From Clostridia bacterium (lineage in GTDB: Bacteria; Bacillota; Clostridia; Oscillospirales; Acutalibacteraceae), in assembly GCA_017432485.1 (NCBI GenBank), contig JAFRJB010000018.1:1953-65952 (forward strand): 64,000 bases of DNA. The letters are read 5' to 3'. Positions within the stretch are counted from its first letter, which is position 1. The number at the start of each line of letters is the position of its first letter. A program made the translations under genes and the position numbers. A model generated the notes under the pieces. That model saw only the letters and a program-made list of their open reading frames with translations. It was not told the origin of the DNA and did no database searches. This document shows positions 1 through 8,590 of the stretch, piece after piece.

Positions 1-2380
1 GGGCTTCCTCAATCAGCGACATATCGCGAATGCCGCTTAAAGACATACTCAGCGTGCGCGGTATCGGTGTTGCGGAAAGGGTGAGCACATCCACCCCCGG
101 GAAGCGCTCTTTGATTCTCTCTTTTTGCGCCACGCCGAAGCGCTGCTCCTCATCAATAATGAGCAGCCCCAAATCCCGAAACTCGATATCTTTGGCAATG
201 AGCTTATGCGTACCCACCACCATATCTATCAGCCCCTTTTTGAGCTTTTCTTTAATGCGCTTTTGCTCGGCAGGCGTTTTAAAGCGCGAGAGCATTTCTA
301 TATTGAGCGCAAAGTTTTCCATGCGCGCGCTGACAGTTTGAAAATGCTGCATCGCCAAAATGGTGGTCGGCACCAGCATTGCCACCTGCTTGCCGTTTTC
401 CATCGCTTTAAAGGCGGCGCGCAGTGCCACTTCTGTCTTGCCGAAGCCGACATCGCCGCATAAGAGCCTGTCCATCGGGTGCGGCGCATACATATCTTTT
501 TTAATTTCTTCCACGCAGCGCTTTTGGTCAAGCGTTTCTTCATAGGGGAAGCGCAGTTCAAAGTCGCGCTGTAAATCATCATCCGGCGGGAAGGCAAAGC
601 CTTTAATGGTCTGCCGCTTTGCATAGAGCTCAATGAGCTCTTGCGCGGTCTTGACAATGCCCGCTTTCGCCTTTGCCTTGGTTCTGGTCCAATCCGCAGA
701 ACCTAAGGTGTTGATTTTCACGCGCGCATTTTCCCCGCCGCCGATGTATTTGGAAACGAGGTCTAACTGCGTGACCGGTACATAGAGCACATCGCCCTTG
801 GCGTAGGTAATTTTAATATAGTCTTTGGTCACACCCTGGCTGGTGACGGGCATCACGCCCGCGTAAATGCCGATACCATGCAGGTTATGCACAATGTAGT
901 CGCCGGGGTAAATCTCTTCAAGCGAATGAATTTCCCCCGCGCGGTGGTGGCGGTTCTTGCGCTTTTTGCTTTTCAGTGCCCGCGTGCCCTGTGCGTAGAG
1001 ATAAAACTTTGCCTGCGGGAAATAGAAGCCCGCCGACAGCGTGCCGGGTACCACGCAGACCGTCCCCTGCGGGAACGCCGAGGGGAAGTTTTCCATATAA
1101 ACGGCACTGATGCCGTCTGCAATCAAATCGTTATATACCGCTTTGGCGTTTTTCGCCGTACCCGCCATAAGCACGCAGCGGCTCTTGGTGGGGGCGACGG
1201 ATGCCGTGTCTTCCTCGAGCTGCGCCATCTTGCCCTGCCACAGCGGCAGCGAATGCGCCGAGAGGCTGTAGAGGGATTTGAGCGGCAGTTTATAGCTGCC
1301 GCGCGGCAAAGTATCTAAATAGACAGGCTGCATATCTTCGATATGTTTTTCTATTTGCGCGGCGGTGATATAAAAGGTATCTAACCCCTTGGCAATCACG
1401 CCGCTTTCGGTAAGCGCTTTGAATTCTTCGCGCAGCAGTTTCCCGCTGTCTTTGAGGCGCCGCTTGGATTTAGCGCTTTCCGAGAGAATGAGTAAATCCG
1501 AACTGCAATACTCAAAAATGCTCTCGGCTTTTTCATAAGCAAGCGGAAAATAGCGGTCAATATCGGCGGGCATCACACCGCCCTGCGCGCGCTCCAAGTC
1601 GCTGCGCAATGAGCGCTTGAGCGCCTCGTTTTTACTGCGCGCGATGCGCTTGAGGTAAGCGCTTAATTTCTCGCAAAAATCTTCTTCGCCCTCAAACAGC
1701 GTTTGCAGTACCGGCACAATGCGCACGGTGCGCAACATTTCCAACCGGCGCTGGTCGAGGGTGGAAAAGGTGAAAATGCTTTCAATCGTATCGCCCCAAA
1801 AGTCTACGCGCACCGGGTTTTCCGCCTGCGGGGAAAAGAAATCCACAATCTCGCCGCGGCAGGAAAACTGCCCGACACCATCGACCATATCGCTGCGCAC
1901 ATAACCGGCTTTCCCCAACTTTTCAATGAGCGCTTCTCTGCCGCACTCCAAGCCCTTACGAATGGTAAAGGAGCGTTTTTTGAGTTCCTTCTGCGGAATG
2001 GTCAGCTGCATGGCGCTCTCGATGCCCAGCACCGCAAAACGGTAATCTTTCTCGGCAATTTTAGCGAGCGCACCGAGCTTTTTGTGCTCATAGTCGCGGC
2101 TTTTTGCTTCGGCGCCAATGAGCGAAACATCCTTTGCCGGCACAAAAAGGGCAGCACCGAAAAGCGCGTTTAAATCCGCGCTGAGTTTCATCGCAGCACT
2201 CTCATCTTCGGTAATGATGAGCGCGCGCCTGCCTGCCGCTTCGCTCATCGCGCCGATGAGAACTGCTTTATGAACCGCCGAAAGCCCTGTTACGGCAAGG
2301 GGGAGGGTATGCGCCTCCACATCACCGAGCACAGAGCTGATTTCGTCAGAACTTTGTAAGGCTTTTAAAATTGCTGACAT
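1..2380 (-). CDS. mfd: transcription-repair coupling factor Mfd, N-terminal ~793 codons; the 3' end runs off the window start
   Basis: Absent from the ORF track because it stays open to the window edge. My minus-strand translation from the ATG at 2380-2378 gives MSAILKALQSSDEISSVLGDVEAHTLPLAVTGLSAVHKAVLIGAM...GKAGYVRSDMVDGVGQFSCRGEIVDFFSP (UvrB-like Mfd N-domain). In the same frame, 169-131 encodes GLLIIDEEQRFGV (helicase motif II). pth-mfd is a typical Firmicutes neighbourhood. Confidence 0.85.
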   Translation of the reverse strand, partial: MSAILKALQSSDEISSVLGDVEAHTLPLAVTGLSAVHKAVLIGAMSEAAGRRALIITEDESAAMKLSADLNALFGAALFVPAKDVSLIGAEAKSRDYEHKKLGALAKIAEKDYRFAVLGIESAMQLTIPQKELKKRSFTIRKGLECGREALIEKLGKAGYVRSDMVDGVGQFSCRGEIVDFFSPQAENPVRVDFWGDTIESIFTFSTLDQRRLEMLRTVRIVPVLQTLFEGEEDFCEKLSAYLKRIARSKNEALKRSLRSDLERAQGGVMPADIDRYFPLAYEKAESIFEYCSSDLLILSESAKSKRRLKDSGKLLREEFKALTESGVIAKGLDTFYITAAQIEKHIEDMQPVYLDTLPRGSYKLPLKSLYSLSAHSLPLWQGKMAQLEEDTASVAPTKSRCVLMAGTAKNAKAVYNDLIADGISAVYMENFPSAFPQGTVCVVPGTLSAGFYFPQAKFYLYAQGTRALKSKKRKNRHHRAGEIHSLEEIYPGDYIVHNLHGIGIYAGVMPVTSQGVTKDYIKITYAKGDVLYVPVTQLDLVSKYIGGGENARVKINTLGSADWTRTKAKAKAGIVKTAQELIELYAKRQTIKGFAFPPDDDLQRDFELRFPYEETLDQKRCVEEIKKDMYAPHPMDRLLCGDVGFGKTEVALRAAFKAMENGKQVAMLVPTTILAMQHFQTVSARMENFALNIEMLSRFKTPAEQKRIKEKLKKGLIDMVVGTHKLIAKDIEFRDLGLLIIDEEQRFGVAQKERIKERFPGVDVLTLSATPIPRTLSMSLSGIRDMSLIEEA

Positions 2381-2401
2381 TGGTTCACTTCGTTCACAGT
2401 T

Positions 2402-2436
2402 TTTAGTGTTTAGTTTTCAGTTTTCAGTGTTTTGGT
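2402..2436. repeat. heptanucleotide tandem repeat (TTTAGTG TTTAGTT TTCAGTT TTCAGTG TTTTGGT) in the leader just upstream of the mfd start
   Basis: Read directly. There are five 7-nt units, 22 nt from the mfd ATG on the minus strand. The only GGAGG lies a further ~57 nt upstream. Confidence 0.7.
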
Positions 2437-2669
2437 CTCCTCCTATGTCAAGGGGCGACAAAAAGCGAGTTAATTGAACATCAAACAAACAATGATTGAA
2501 ACCCAATAATAATTAGAGCGTAGCGTTAAATAATGAGGCACCCCGAAAAGTATTTCGCAGAAAACTTTTTGGGGAGAGGAGAAACAAACGCAATAACACT
2601 TAAAGGATTTGCTTGCAAATTCTTTCTGTTATGAAGTTTGTTTGGACGAGCGAGTGTCTCGCCCATTAA

Positions 2670-2697
2670 TTCCGAATTCCGCACTCCGCATTCCGCA
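2670..2697. repeat. heptanucleotide tandem repeat TTCCGMA x4 (TTCCGAA TTCCGCA CTCCGCA TTCCGCA) abutting the pth stop
   Basis: Read directly. It is a near-identical copy of the array at 3422-3449. Confidence 0.75.
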
Positions 2698-2698
2698 T

Positions 2699-3325
2699 TT
2701 AATTATATCTATTCATCGCTTCGTCAATTTTGCCGCCGACAATCAGGCGAATGGCATCGCAGGCGTTGTCAATCGCGGGTTCCAGTGCCTTGACTTCCTG
2801 TTCACTGAATTTGGAAAGCACCCAATCTGCCAAGTCATAATCGGGGTGCGGTTTCGCACCGATACCAATGCGAATGCGGGGAAAGGCGTTGCTGTTTAAG
2901 TGGTAGATAATGCTCTTCATGCCGTTGTGACCGCCGTCGCTCCCCTGCTTGCGAATGCGCATAATGCCGGGGTCAAAATTGATATCATCATAAATCACAA
3001 TAATATGCTCCGGCGCGATATTGTAAAAGCGCGCGCACTCGCCGACCGCTTCGCCGCTGTTATTCATAAAGGTAGAGGGCTTCATAAGCATACACCGCTT
3101 ACCCTCTAAAACCATGTCGCAAATGAGCGATTTGAACTTGATTTTTTTGATATCCAGCTTTTCCTGCTGCGCCAAACGCTCCACGGTTAAAAAGCCCACA
3201 TTGTGGCGGGTAGCGGCATACTTGTCGCCGGGGTTTCCCAAGCCGACAATCAGCCACTCCACCTTGCCTGCAGGCTCCGGTTTACGCTGAGATTTTAACT
3301 TTGCAAAAATTTCTTCTAAGCTCAT
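2699..3325 (-). CDS. pth: peptidyl-tRNA hydrolase
   Basis: 208-aa ORF with LIVGLGNPGDKYAATRHNVGF and GHNGMKSI, the classic Pth motifs. It lies upstream of mfd. Confidence 0.95.
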   Translation of the reverse strand: MSLEEIFAKLKSQRKPEPAGKVEWLIVGLGNPGDKYAATRHNVGFLTVERLAQQEKLDIKKIKFKSLICDMVLEGKRCMLMKPSTFMNNSGEAVGECARFYNIAPEHIIVIYDDINFDPGIMRIRKQGSDGGHNGMKSIIYHLNSNAFPRIRIGIGAKPHPDYDLADWVLSKFSEQEVKALEPAIDNACDAIRLIVGGKIDEAMNRYN

Positions 3326-3328
3326 TGA

Positions 3329-3364
3329 TTAGCAGTTAGCGGTTAGCACATTAGCCGTTAGCGA
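3329..3364. repeat. tandem TTAGCNN heptamers x5 (TTAGCAG TTAGCGG TTAGCACA TTAGCCG TTAGCGA) immediately upstream of the pth start
   Basis: Read directly. It occupies the position where an RBS would be expected, and no GGAGG lies within 40 nt of the pth ATG. Confidence 0.7.
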
Positions 3365-3421
3365 TAGGTGGTGCCGCTCGCGGCACAATTTCAATGCGAA
3401 GCACAGCTTCGCCACCACTCA

Positions 3422-3449
3422 TTCCGAATTCCGCATTCCGCATTCCGAA
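3422..3449. repeat. heptanucleotide tandem repeat TTCCGMA x4, second copy
   Basis: TTCCGAA TTCCGCA TTCCGCA TTCCGAA. Two perfect 7-bp hairpins precede it (GTGCCGC-TC-GCGGCAC and GCGAAGC-ACA-GCTTCGC). Confidence 0.75.
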
Positions 3450-3468
3450 TTGTTTCAGCTAACAGCTG

Positions 3469-3505
3469 AAATATGGAATAACGGCTGAGCCGTTATTCCA
3501 TATTT
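3469..3505 (-). terminator. perfect 17-bp-stem hairpin overlapping the glmU stop codon
   Basis: AAATATGGAATAACGGC-TGA-GCCGTTATTCCATATTT. A second 8-bp hairpin (TTTCAGCT-AAC-AGCTGAAA) follows on the minus strand. The U-tract is weak, so the terminator call is tentative. Confidence 0.4.
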
Positions 3506-4875
3506 CTAATCTTCTTCTTATCTTTGACCCAGTTGACTTTGTTTTCCTGGCGGTTTCTGGCGATTGCCAGGGTGTAATCGGGCACATCTTCATAAATGGT
3601 GGAACCGGCTGCCGTGTAGGCATATTTGCCGAGTTTTACCGGGGAAATCAGGTTGGTGTTACAGCCGATAAAGGTGCCGTCACCAATAACGGTGCGGTGC
3701 TTCTGCTGCCCGTCAAAATTCACGGTCACACAGCCGCAGCCCATGTTGATATTTTTACCGAGGTCACTGTCGCCCACATAGGTTAAATGGCTGACCTTGG
3801 TGCCGTTGTCAATGGTGGAATTTTTAATTTCCACGAAGTTGCCGATATGCACTTCCTTGCCGATTTTGGAACCGGGGCGCACATGCACAAAGGGGCCGAG
3901 GTCACAGCCGGAGCCGATTTTGCTCTCTTCGGCAACCACATTGTCAAGCAACACATCGTTGCCGACCACCGTATCGGTGATGTAAGAGTTCGGGCCGATG
4001 ATGCAGTTTTTGCCGATTTTGGTGTCGCCGAGCAGCACTGTGCCGGGCAAAATTCTGGTATCGGTGCCGATCTCGACATCGGGGCCGATGATAATGCCTT
4101 CCGAGCAGGGAATATCCACGCCCGCGAGCATTTGCTCCTGCAGAAATTTGTAGCGCAGTTTATCGTTTAAATCAAGCAGTTGAATTCTGTCGTTGGCGCC
4201 GAGCACCACATCGGGGTTTTGCGCGGTAAACGCAGAAGTCTTTAAGCCTTCGCGAATGGCAATTTCAATGCAGTCGGTCAGGTAATACTCGTGCTGCTTA
4301 TTCTTATTGGTAATCTTATTAAGGGAGTCAAGCAGCACATCGGTTTTAAACCAATACGCGCCGGAATTGACTTCGTTGACCGCGCGCTGGGCGGGGGTGG
4401 CATCCTTTTCTTCGACAATCGCTTTGAGGAAGCCGCCGGCATCTCTGATAATTCTGCCGTAGCCGAAGGGGTTTGCCACATTGGCGGAAATGACTGTCAC
4501 AGCATTTTGGTGCCTTTCGTGGTAAGAAAGCGCCGAGCGGATGGTCTCACCATCCATCAGCGGGCAGTCGCCGTTTAAAATCAGGGTGTTGCCGCCCTTA
4601 AATTTCTCAATAAAATCGACCGCCTGCATCACCGCGTGGCCGGTGCCGAGGCGCTCGGATTGAAAGGCGGTTTCGGTCTCGCCCTCCAAGTGCGCTTCAA
4701 GCATTTCGTGCAAATGCCCGGTCACCACGCAAATATCTTGAATTTTCGCAGCGCGCGAAGCGTCAATCGTCCAATCAATCATGGGCTTAAAAAGCACTTC
4801 ACACAATGCCTTGGGTTTGTTGGATTTCATTCGTTTGCCCTGCCCGCCGGCAAGGATTACTGCACAATTACTCAT
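3493..4875 (-). CDS. glmU: bifunctional UDP-N-acetylglucosamine pyrophosphorylase / glucosamine-1-phosphate N-acetyltransferase
   Basis: 460 aa. N-terminus AVILAGGQGKRMKSNKPKALCEV (nucleotidyltransferase signature). The C-terminal half consists of left-handed beta-helix hexapeptide repeats. Confidence 0.93.
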   Translation of the reverse strand: MSNCAVILAGGQGKRMKSNKPKALCEVLFKPMIDWTIDASRAAKIQDICVVTGHLHEMLEAHLEGETETAFQSERLGTGHAVMQAVDFIEKFKGGNTLILNGDCPLMDGETIRSALSYHERHQNAVTVISANVANPFGYGRIIRDAGGFLKAIVEEKDATPAQRAVNEVNSGAYWFKTDVLLDSLNKITNKNKQHEYYLTDCIEIAIREGLKTSAFTAQNPDVVLGANDRIQLLDLNDKLRYKFLQEQMLAGVDIPCSEGIIIGPDVEIGTDTRILPGTVLLGDTKIGKNCIIGPNSYITDTVVGNDVLLDNVVAEESKIGSGCDLGPFVHVRPGSKIGKEVHIGNFVEIKNSTIDNGTKVSHLTYVGDSDLGKNINMGCGCVTVNFDGQQKHRTVIGDGTFIGCNTNLISPVKLGKYAYTAAGSTIYEDVPDYTLAIARNRQENKVNWVKDKKKIRNME

Positions 4876-5327
4876 AGTGATTGCCTCTTTTCATAAGGGA
4901 AAATGTTTCTCTGTTATTTTTTTGCGTTTTTGCCACCAAAAACGCACCTGAAGTATTTATTATTTGAGTGCATTAATAAGTCAAAAACACCTGAATTGAT
5001 TGCTTTTGAGGACTTTTTGCGGGAGAGTGCCGTGAATTTGCGCCGATTGCCTGCTCCAAAAAGGTGAAGGAATACTTTGTGTATTGCAAGGCTTTTTGAG
5101 CGGGCAAGCGGTGTACAGGCACCGTGCTATACCGAAAAAAGCATCTCAAAAGCAATCAATTTGTATATTATGAATATATTATGACTTATTTTCTATCGTT
5201 TTGCAAGTAAAATTTGTGAATATTCTCCATTGCTTAATTTTGTTAATTAATATAGAATATATGAGTGCCACAATATGTGGCTTTCAAATTGTTTAAAAAT
5301 ATAGATAAAGTATATGGAGGGAAACAA

Positions 5328-7700
5328 ATGGCAAAAAAATATTGCTACCTTTTCTCGGAAGGTAATGCCAACATGAGAGAGCTTCTCGGCGGTAAAGGCG
5401 CTAACCTCGCGGAAATGACCAACATCGGTCTCCCGGTTCCGCAGGGCTTCACCATCACCACAGAGGCTTGCACGCAGTATTATGAAGACGGCAGACAAAT
5501 CAACCCCGAAATCATGGCGGAGATTGAAGAATACATCGTGAAGATGGAAGAAATCAACGGCAAAAAGTTCGGCGATAAAGAAAACCCGCTGCTCGTTTCC
5601 GTGCGCTCCGGCGCAAGAGCTTCCATGCCCGGTATGATGGATACCATCCTCAACCTCGGCTTGAATGAAGAAGTTGTGGAAGTTATGGCAGAGAAATCCA
5701 ATAACCCGCGCTGGGCTTGGGACTGCTACAGAAGATTTATTCAAATGTATTCCGACGTTGTTATGGAAGTCGGCAAGAAATATTTTGAAGAACTTATTGA
5801 TGAAATGAAAGCCAAGAAGGGCGTCACCCAGGATGTCGATTTGACAGCTGACGACCTCAAAGAATTGGCTTCTCAATTCAAGGCTGAATACAAAGCAAAA
5901 ATCGGTGTGGACTTCCCGACCGATCCCAAGGAGCAGTTGATGGGCGCCGTGAAGGCAGTGTTCCGCTCTTGGGATAACCCGCGCGCGAATGTATACCGCC
6001 GTGACAACGATATTCCCTACTCTTGGGGTACGGCTGTCAATGTGCAGGCAATGGCATTCGGCAATATGGGTGATGATTGCGGCACCGGTGTGGCATTCAC
6101 CCGCGACCCGGCTACCGGCGCAAAGGGCTTGTTCGGCGAGTTCTTAACCAACGCACAGGGCGAAGACGTAGTTGCCGGCGTGCGTACTCCCATGCACATC
6201 AGCGAAATGGAACAGAAATTCCCCGAAGCATTTGCGGAATTTACCAAAGTTTGTTCCCTGCTTGAAAACCACTACAGAGATATGCAGGATATGGAATTTA
6301 CCGTCGAACACGGCAAGCTCTATATGCTCCAAACCCGTAACGGCAAAAGAACCGCTCAGGCTGCGCTGCAGATCGCTTGCGACCTTGTAGACGAAGGTAT
6401 GAGAACGGAAGAAGAAGCCGTTGCGATGATTGACCCGCGTAACCTTGATACCCTCCTGCACCCGCAGTTTGATGCCGCCGCTTTGAAGGCTGCCACACCG
6501 ATTGGTAAAGGCTTGGGCGCTTCCCCCGGTGCTGCTTGCGGTAAGGTTGTGTTCACTGCCGATGATGCTGCAGAGTGGAACGCCAGAGGCGAAAAGGTTG
6601 TGCTTGTCAGATTAGAGACTTCTCCGGAAGATATCACCGGTATGAAAGCTTCGCAGGGTATTCTCACCGTGCGCGGCGGTATGACCTCTCACGCAGCGGT
6701 GGTTGCACGCGGTATGGGTACCTGCTGTGTTTCCGGCTGCTCCGAAATCGTTATGGACGAGGAAGGCAAGAAATTCACCCTCGCCGGTAAAGAATTCCAC
6801 GAAGGCGACTTCATTTCTATTGACGGCTCTACCGGTAACATCTACGATGGCATTATCGCCACCAAGGATGCCGAGATTGCCGGCACCTTCGGCAGAATTA
6901 TGGGCTGGGCAGACAAGTTCAGAACCCTCAAAGTGCGCACCAATGCCGACACACCGGCAGATGCGAGGAAGGCAAGAGAACTCGGCGCAGAAGGCATCGG
7001 CCTTTGCCGTACCGAGCATATGTTCTTTGAAGAGGACAGAATCGCCGCTTTCCGCGAAATGATTTGCTCCACGAAGTTGGAAGACAGAGAGGCTGCTCTC
7101 GAGAAAATTCTTCCCTACCAACAGAGCGACTTTGAAAAACTCTACGAGGCGCTGGAAGGTTGCCCCGTGACCATCCGCTTCTTAGACCCGCCGCTTCACG
7201 AGTTTGTTCCCACCGAGGAATCCGATATTGAAAAACTTGCCGCAGCTAAAGGCAAGAGTGTTGCCGATATCAAGGCGATTATCGACTCTCTCCACGAGTT
7301 CAACCCGATGATGGGTCACAGAGGCTTGCGATTGGCTGTCACCTATCCGGAAATTGCCAAGATGCAGACCAGAGCGGTTATCCGCGCGGCAATCAATGTG
7401 AAGAAAGCGCATCCGGATTGGGATATGGACCCCGAAATCATGATTCCGTTATCCTGCGACAGCAAGGAATTGAAGTATGTCAAGGATATCGTTGTTGCTA
7501 CTGCCGATGAAGAAATCGCAAAAGCAGGCGTGGAAATGAAGTACGAAGTCGGTACGATGATTGAGATTCCGCGTGCGGCTCTTACTGCCGACCAGATTGC
7601 CGAGCAGGCAGACTTCTTCTGCTTCGGTACCAACGATTTAACCCAGATGACCTTCGGCTTCAGCCGTGACGATGCCGGTAAGTTCCTCGACGCTTACTAG
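5328..7700 (+). CDS. ppdK: pyruvate, phosphate dikinase, terminated prematurely by an in-frame TAG at 7698-7700
   Basis: ATG at 5328 follows GGAGGG. MAKKYCYLFSEGNANMRELLGGKGANLAEM, the phosphohistidine region GGMTSHAAVVARGMG, and FFCFGTNDLTQMTFGFSRDDAGKFLDAY followed by TAG. The track start at 5265 (GTG) has no RBS. Confidence 0.9.
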   Translation: MAKKYCYLFSEGNANMRELLGGKGANLAEMTNIGLPVPQGFTITTEACTQYYEDGRQINPEIMAEIEEYIVKMEEINGKKFGDKENPLLVSVRSGARASMPGMMDTILNLGLNEEVVEVMAEKSNNPRWAWDCYRRFIQMYSDVVMEVGKKYFEELIDEMKAKKGVTQDVDLTADDLKELASQFKAEYKAKIGVDFPTDPKEQLMGAVKAVFRSWDNPRANVYRRDNDIPYSWGTAVNVQAMAFGNMGDDCGTGVAFTRDPATGAKGLFGEFLTNAQGEDVVAGVRTPMHISEMEQKFPEAFAEFTKVCSLLENHYRDMQDMEFTVEHGKLYMLQTRNGKRTAQAALQIACDLVDEGMRTEEEAVAMIDPRNLDTLLHPQFDAAALKAATPIGKGLGASPGAACGKVVFTADDAAEWNARGEKVVLVRLETSPEDITGMKASQGILTVRGGMTSHAAVVARGMGTCCVSGCSEIVMDEEGKKFTLAGKEFHEGDFISIDGSTGNIYDGIIATKDAEIAGTFGRIMGWADKFRTLKVRTNADTPADARKARELGAEGIGLCRTEHMFFEEDRIAAFREMICSTKLEDREAALEKILPYQQSDFEKLYEALEGCPVTIRFLDPPLHEFVPTEESDIEKLAAAKGKSVADIKAIIDSLHEFNPMMGHRGLRLAVTYPEIAKMQTRAVIRAAINVKKAHPDWDMDPEIMIPLSCDSKELKYVKDIVVATADEEIAKAGVEMKYEVGTMIEIPRAALTADQIAEQADFFCFGTNDLTQMTFGFSRDDAGKFLDAY

Positions 7701-7958
7701 GATGCTAAGATTTTTGAAAACGACCCGTTTGCAAAACTCGACCAAACCGGCGTTGGCAGATTGATGGAAATGGCAGTTGATATGGGTAAGAAAGTGCGCC
7801 CCGACCTCCACTGCGGTATCTGCGGTGAGCACGGCGGCGACCCGAGCAGTGTTGAGTTTTGCCACAAGATTGGGCTTGACTATGTTTCCTGCTCCCCGTT
7901 CCGCGTTCCGATCGCAAGACTCGCAGCGGCACAGGCAGCCATAGGCGAAAAGAGATAA
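7701..7958 (+). pseudogene. ppdK: C-terminal remainder of ppdK, in the same frame, downstream of the internal TAG
   Basis: Same frame as 5328. It reads [80 protein letters not shown], the conserved PPDK C-terminus including the catalytic-Cys region. Confidence 0.85.
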
Positions 7959-8001
7959 ATCGCACATTCGAAATAAACAATAATAACTAAAAACCTTATA
8001 G

Positions 8002-8034
8002 ATAGGCACATCTTAGCTGATGTGCCTATTTTTT
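8002..8034 (+). terminator. rho-independent terminator of ppdK
   Basis: ATAGGCACATC-TTAGCT-GATGTGCCTAT followed by a T-run. Confidence 0.85.
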
Positions 8035-8040
8035 ATTCAA

Positions 8041-8070
8041 CTTCTCTATCTTCAGATAGAGAAGTTTTTT
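8041..8070 (+). terminator. second, tandem rho-independent terminator
   Basis: CTTCTCTATC-TTCA-GATAGAGAAG followed by TTTTTT, 6 nt after the first terminator. Confidence 0.75.
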
Positions 8071-8518
8071 GTTGTTAAAGAGCACAAATCAAAACAACTA
8101 AAACTGTGCAATGCTACAAAAAATCGAAATTTTAAAAAAAGTTTCAAAAAACTTTTGCCAAAAAGGCGTTTTCGTCGGCTACTCTTTGAGAAATGTTTTT
8201 CTCAACACAACTCAACAACTAAATACACATTCATCAGATACATTCCTGAATGGAGGAAAAACCTCAGCCGTATAAAAGTACGCCAAAACCCATCTGCCAT
8301 TTATGGTTATCACGGAAAGCAAGATGGCGAGCGATTCCGAACTGTTTTGAAATATCCGGTTGCAACGGATAAGGCAATGAAACATTCAGGTATAATGATA
8401 CATCTCTACGGAGCTGGCGGAGTACCCGGCAGTGGTGAAATCCCAATGGAATTGGTTCGCAACCGATCGTCTGATGACTTCCCGTTGCGTGTGGGGTGCC
8501 GAGGACAAGTAACACGCA

Positions 8519-8561
8519 AAACCAAAGTGCAAAAATAGAAAGTGTTTTTGCACTTTGGTTT
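8519..8561 (+). terminator. 17-bp perfect hairpin closing a ~500-nt non-coding region upstream of the ParB-like gene
   Basis: AAACCAAAGTGCAAAAA-(9 nt)-TTTTTGCACTTTGGTTT. Confidence 0.45.
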
Positions 8562-8590
8562 AAACAAATAAATATTGGAGGAATAATAAA

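Noticed and set aside
5247-7121. Multiple long antisense or off-frame ORFs inside ppdK (e.g. 5247..5876 minus strand, 6612..7121 minus strand, 6703..7062 plus strand), and similar ones inside glmU and mfd (3787..4170, 878..1318, 1703..2173)
   Set aside because: These are typical GC-rich shadow ORFs overlapping genes with unambiguous conserved products. They have no RBSs.
7698-7700. TAG in ppdK as programmed pyrrolysine or other recoding
   Set aside because: TAG is used as an ordinary stop by at least four ORFs in this window, the replaced residue is a conserved Tyr one mutation away, and no pyl genes are visible. Readthrough remains untested, so it is kept as a finding but not as recoding.
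8452-8472. ATTGG-TTCGCAA-CCGAT resembles a tRNA T-arm, which could indicate a tRNA or tmRNA integration site
   Set aside because: No acceptor, D or anticodon arms can be folded around it.
8428-8520. GGTGAAATCC followed by CGCAACCGATCG looked like the core of a cobalamin riboswitch
   Set aside because: I could not find the B12 box (AGYCMGGAGACCTGCC-like) or the GGGAA/P3 elements in the right order. A B12 element upstream of a parB-like gene also makes little biological sense. It needs cmscan before any claim.
8020-8538. 172-aa plus-strand ORF in the track, spanning the ppdK/ICE junction
   Set aside because: It starts inside the ppdK terminator hairpin and runs through the second terminator. 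It has no RBS and encodes a Lys/Arg/Phe-rich low-complexity product. I treat the region as non-coding.
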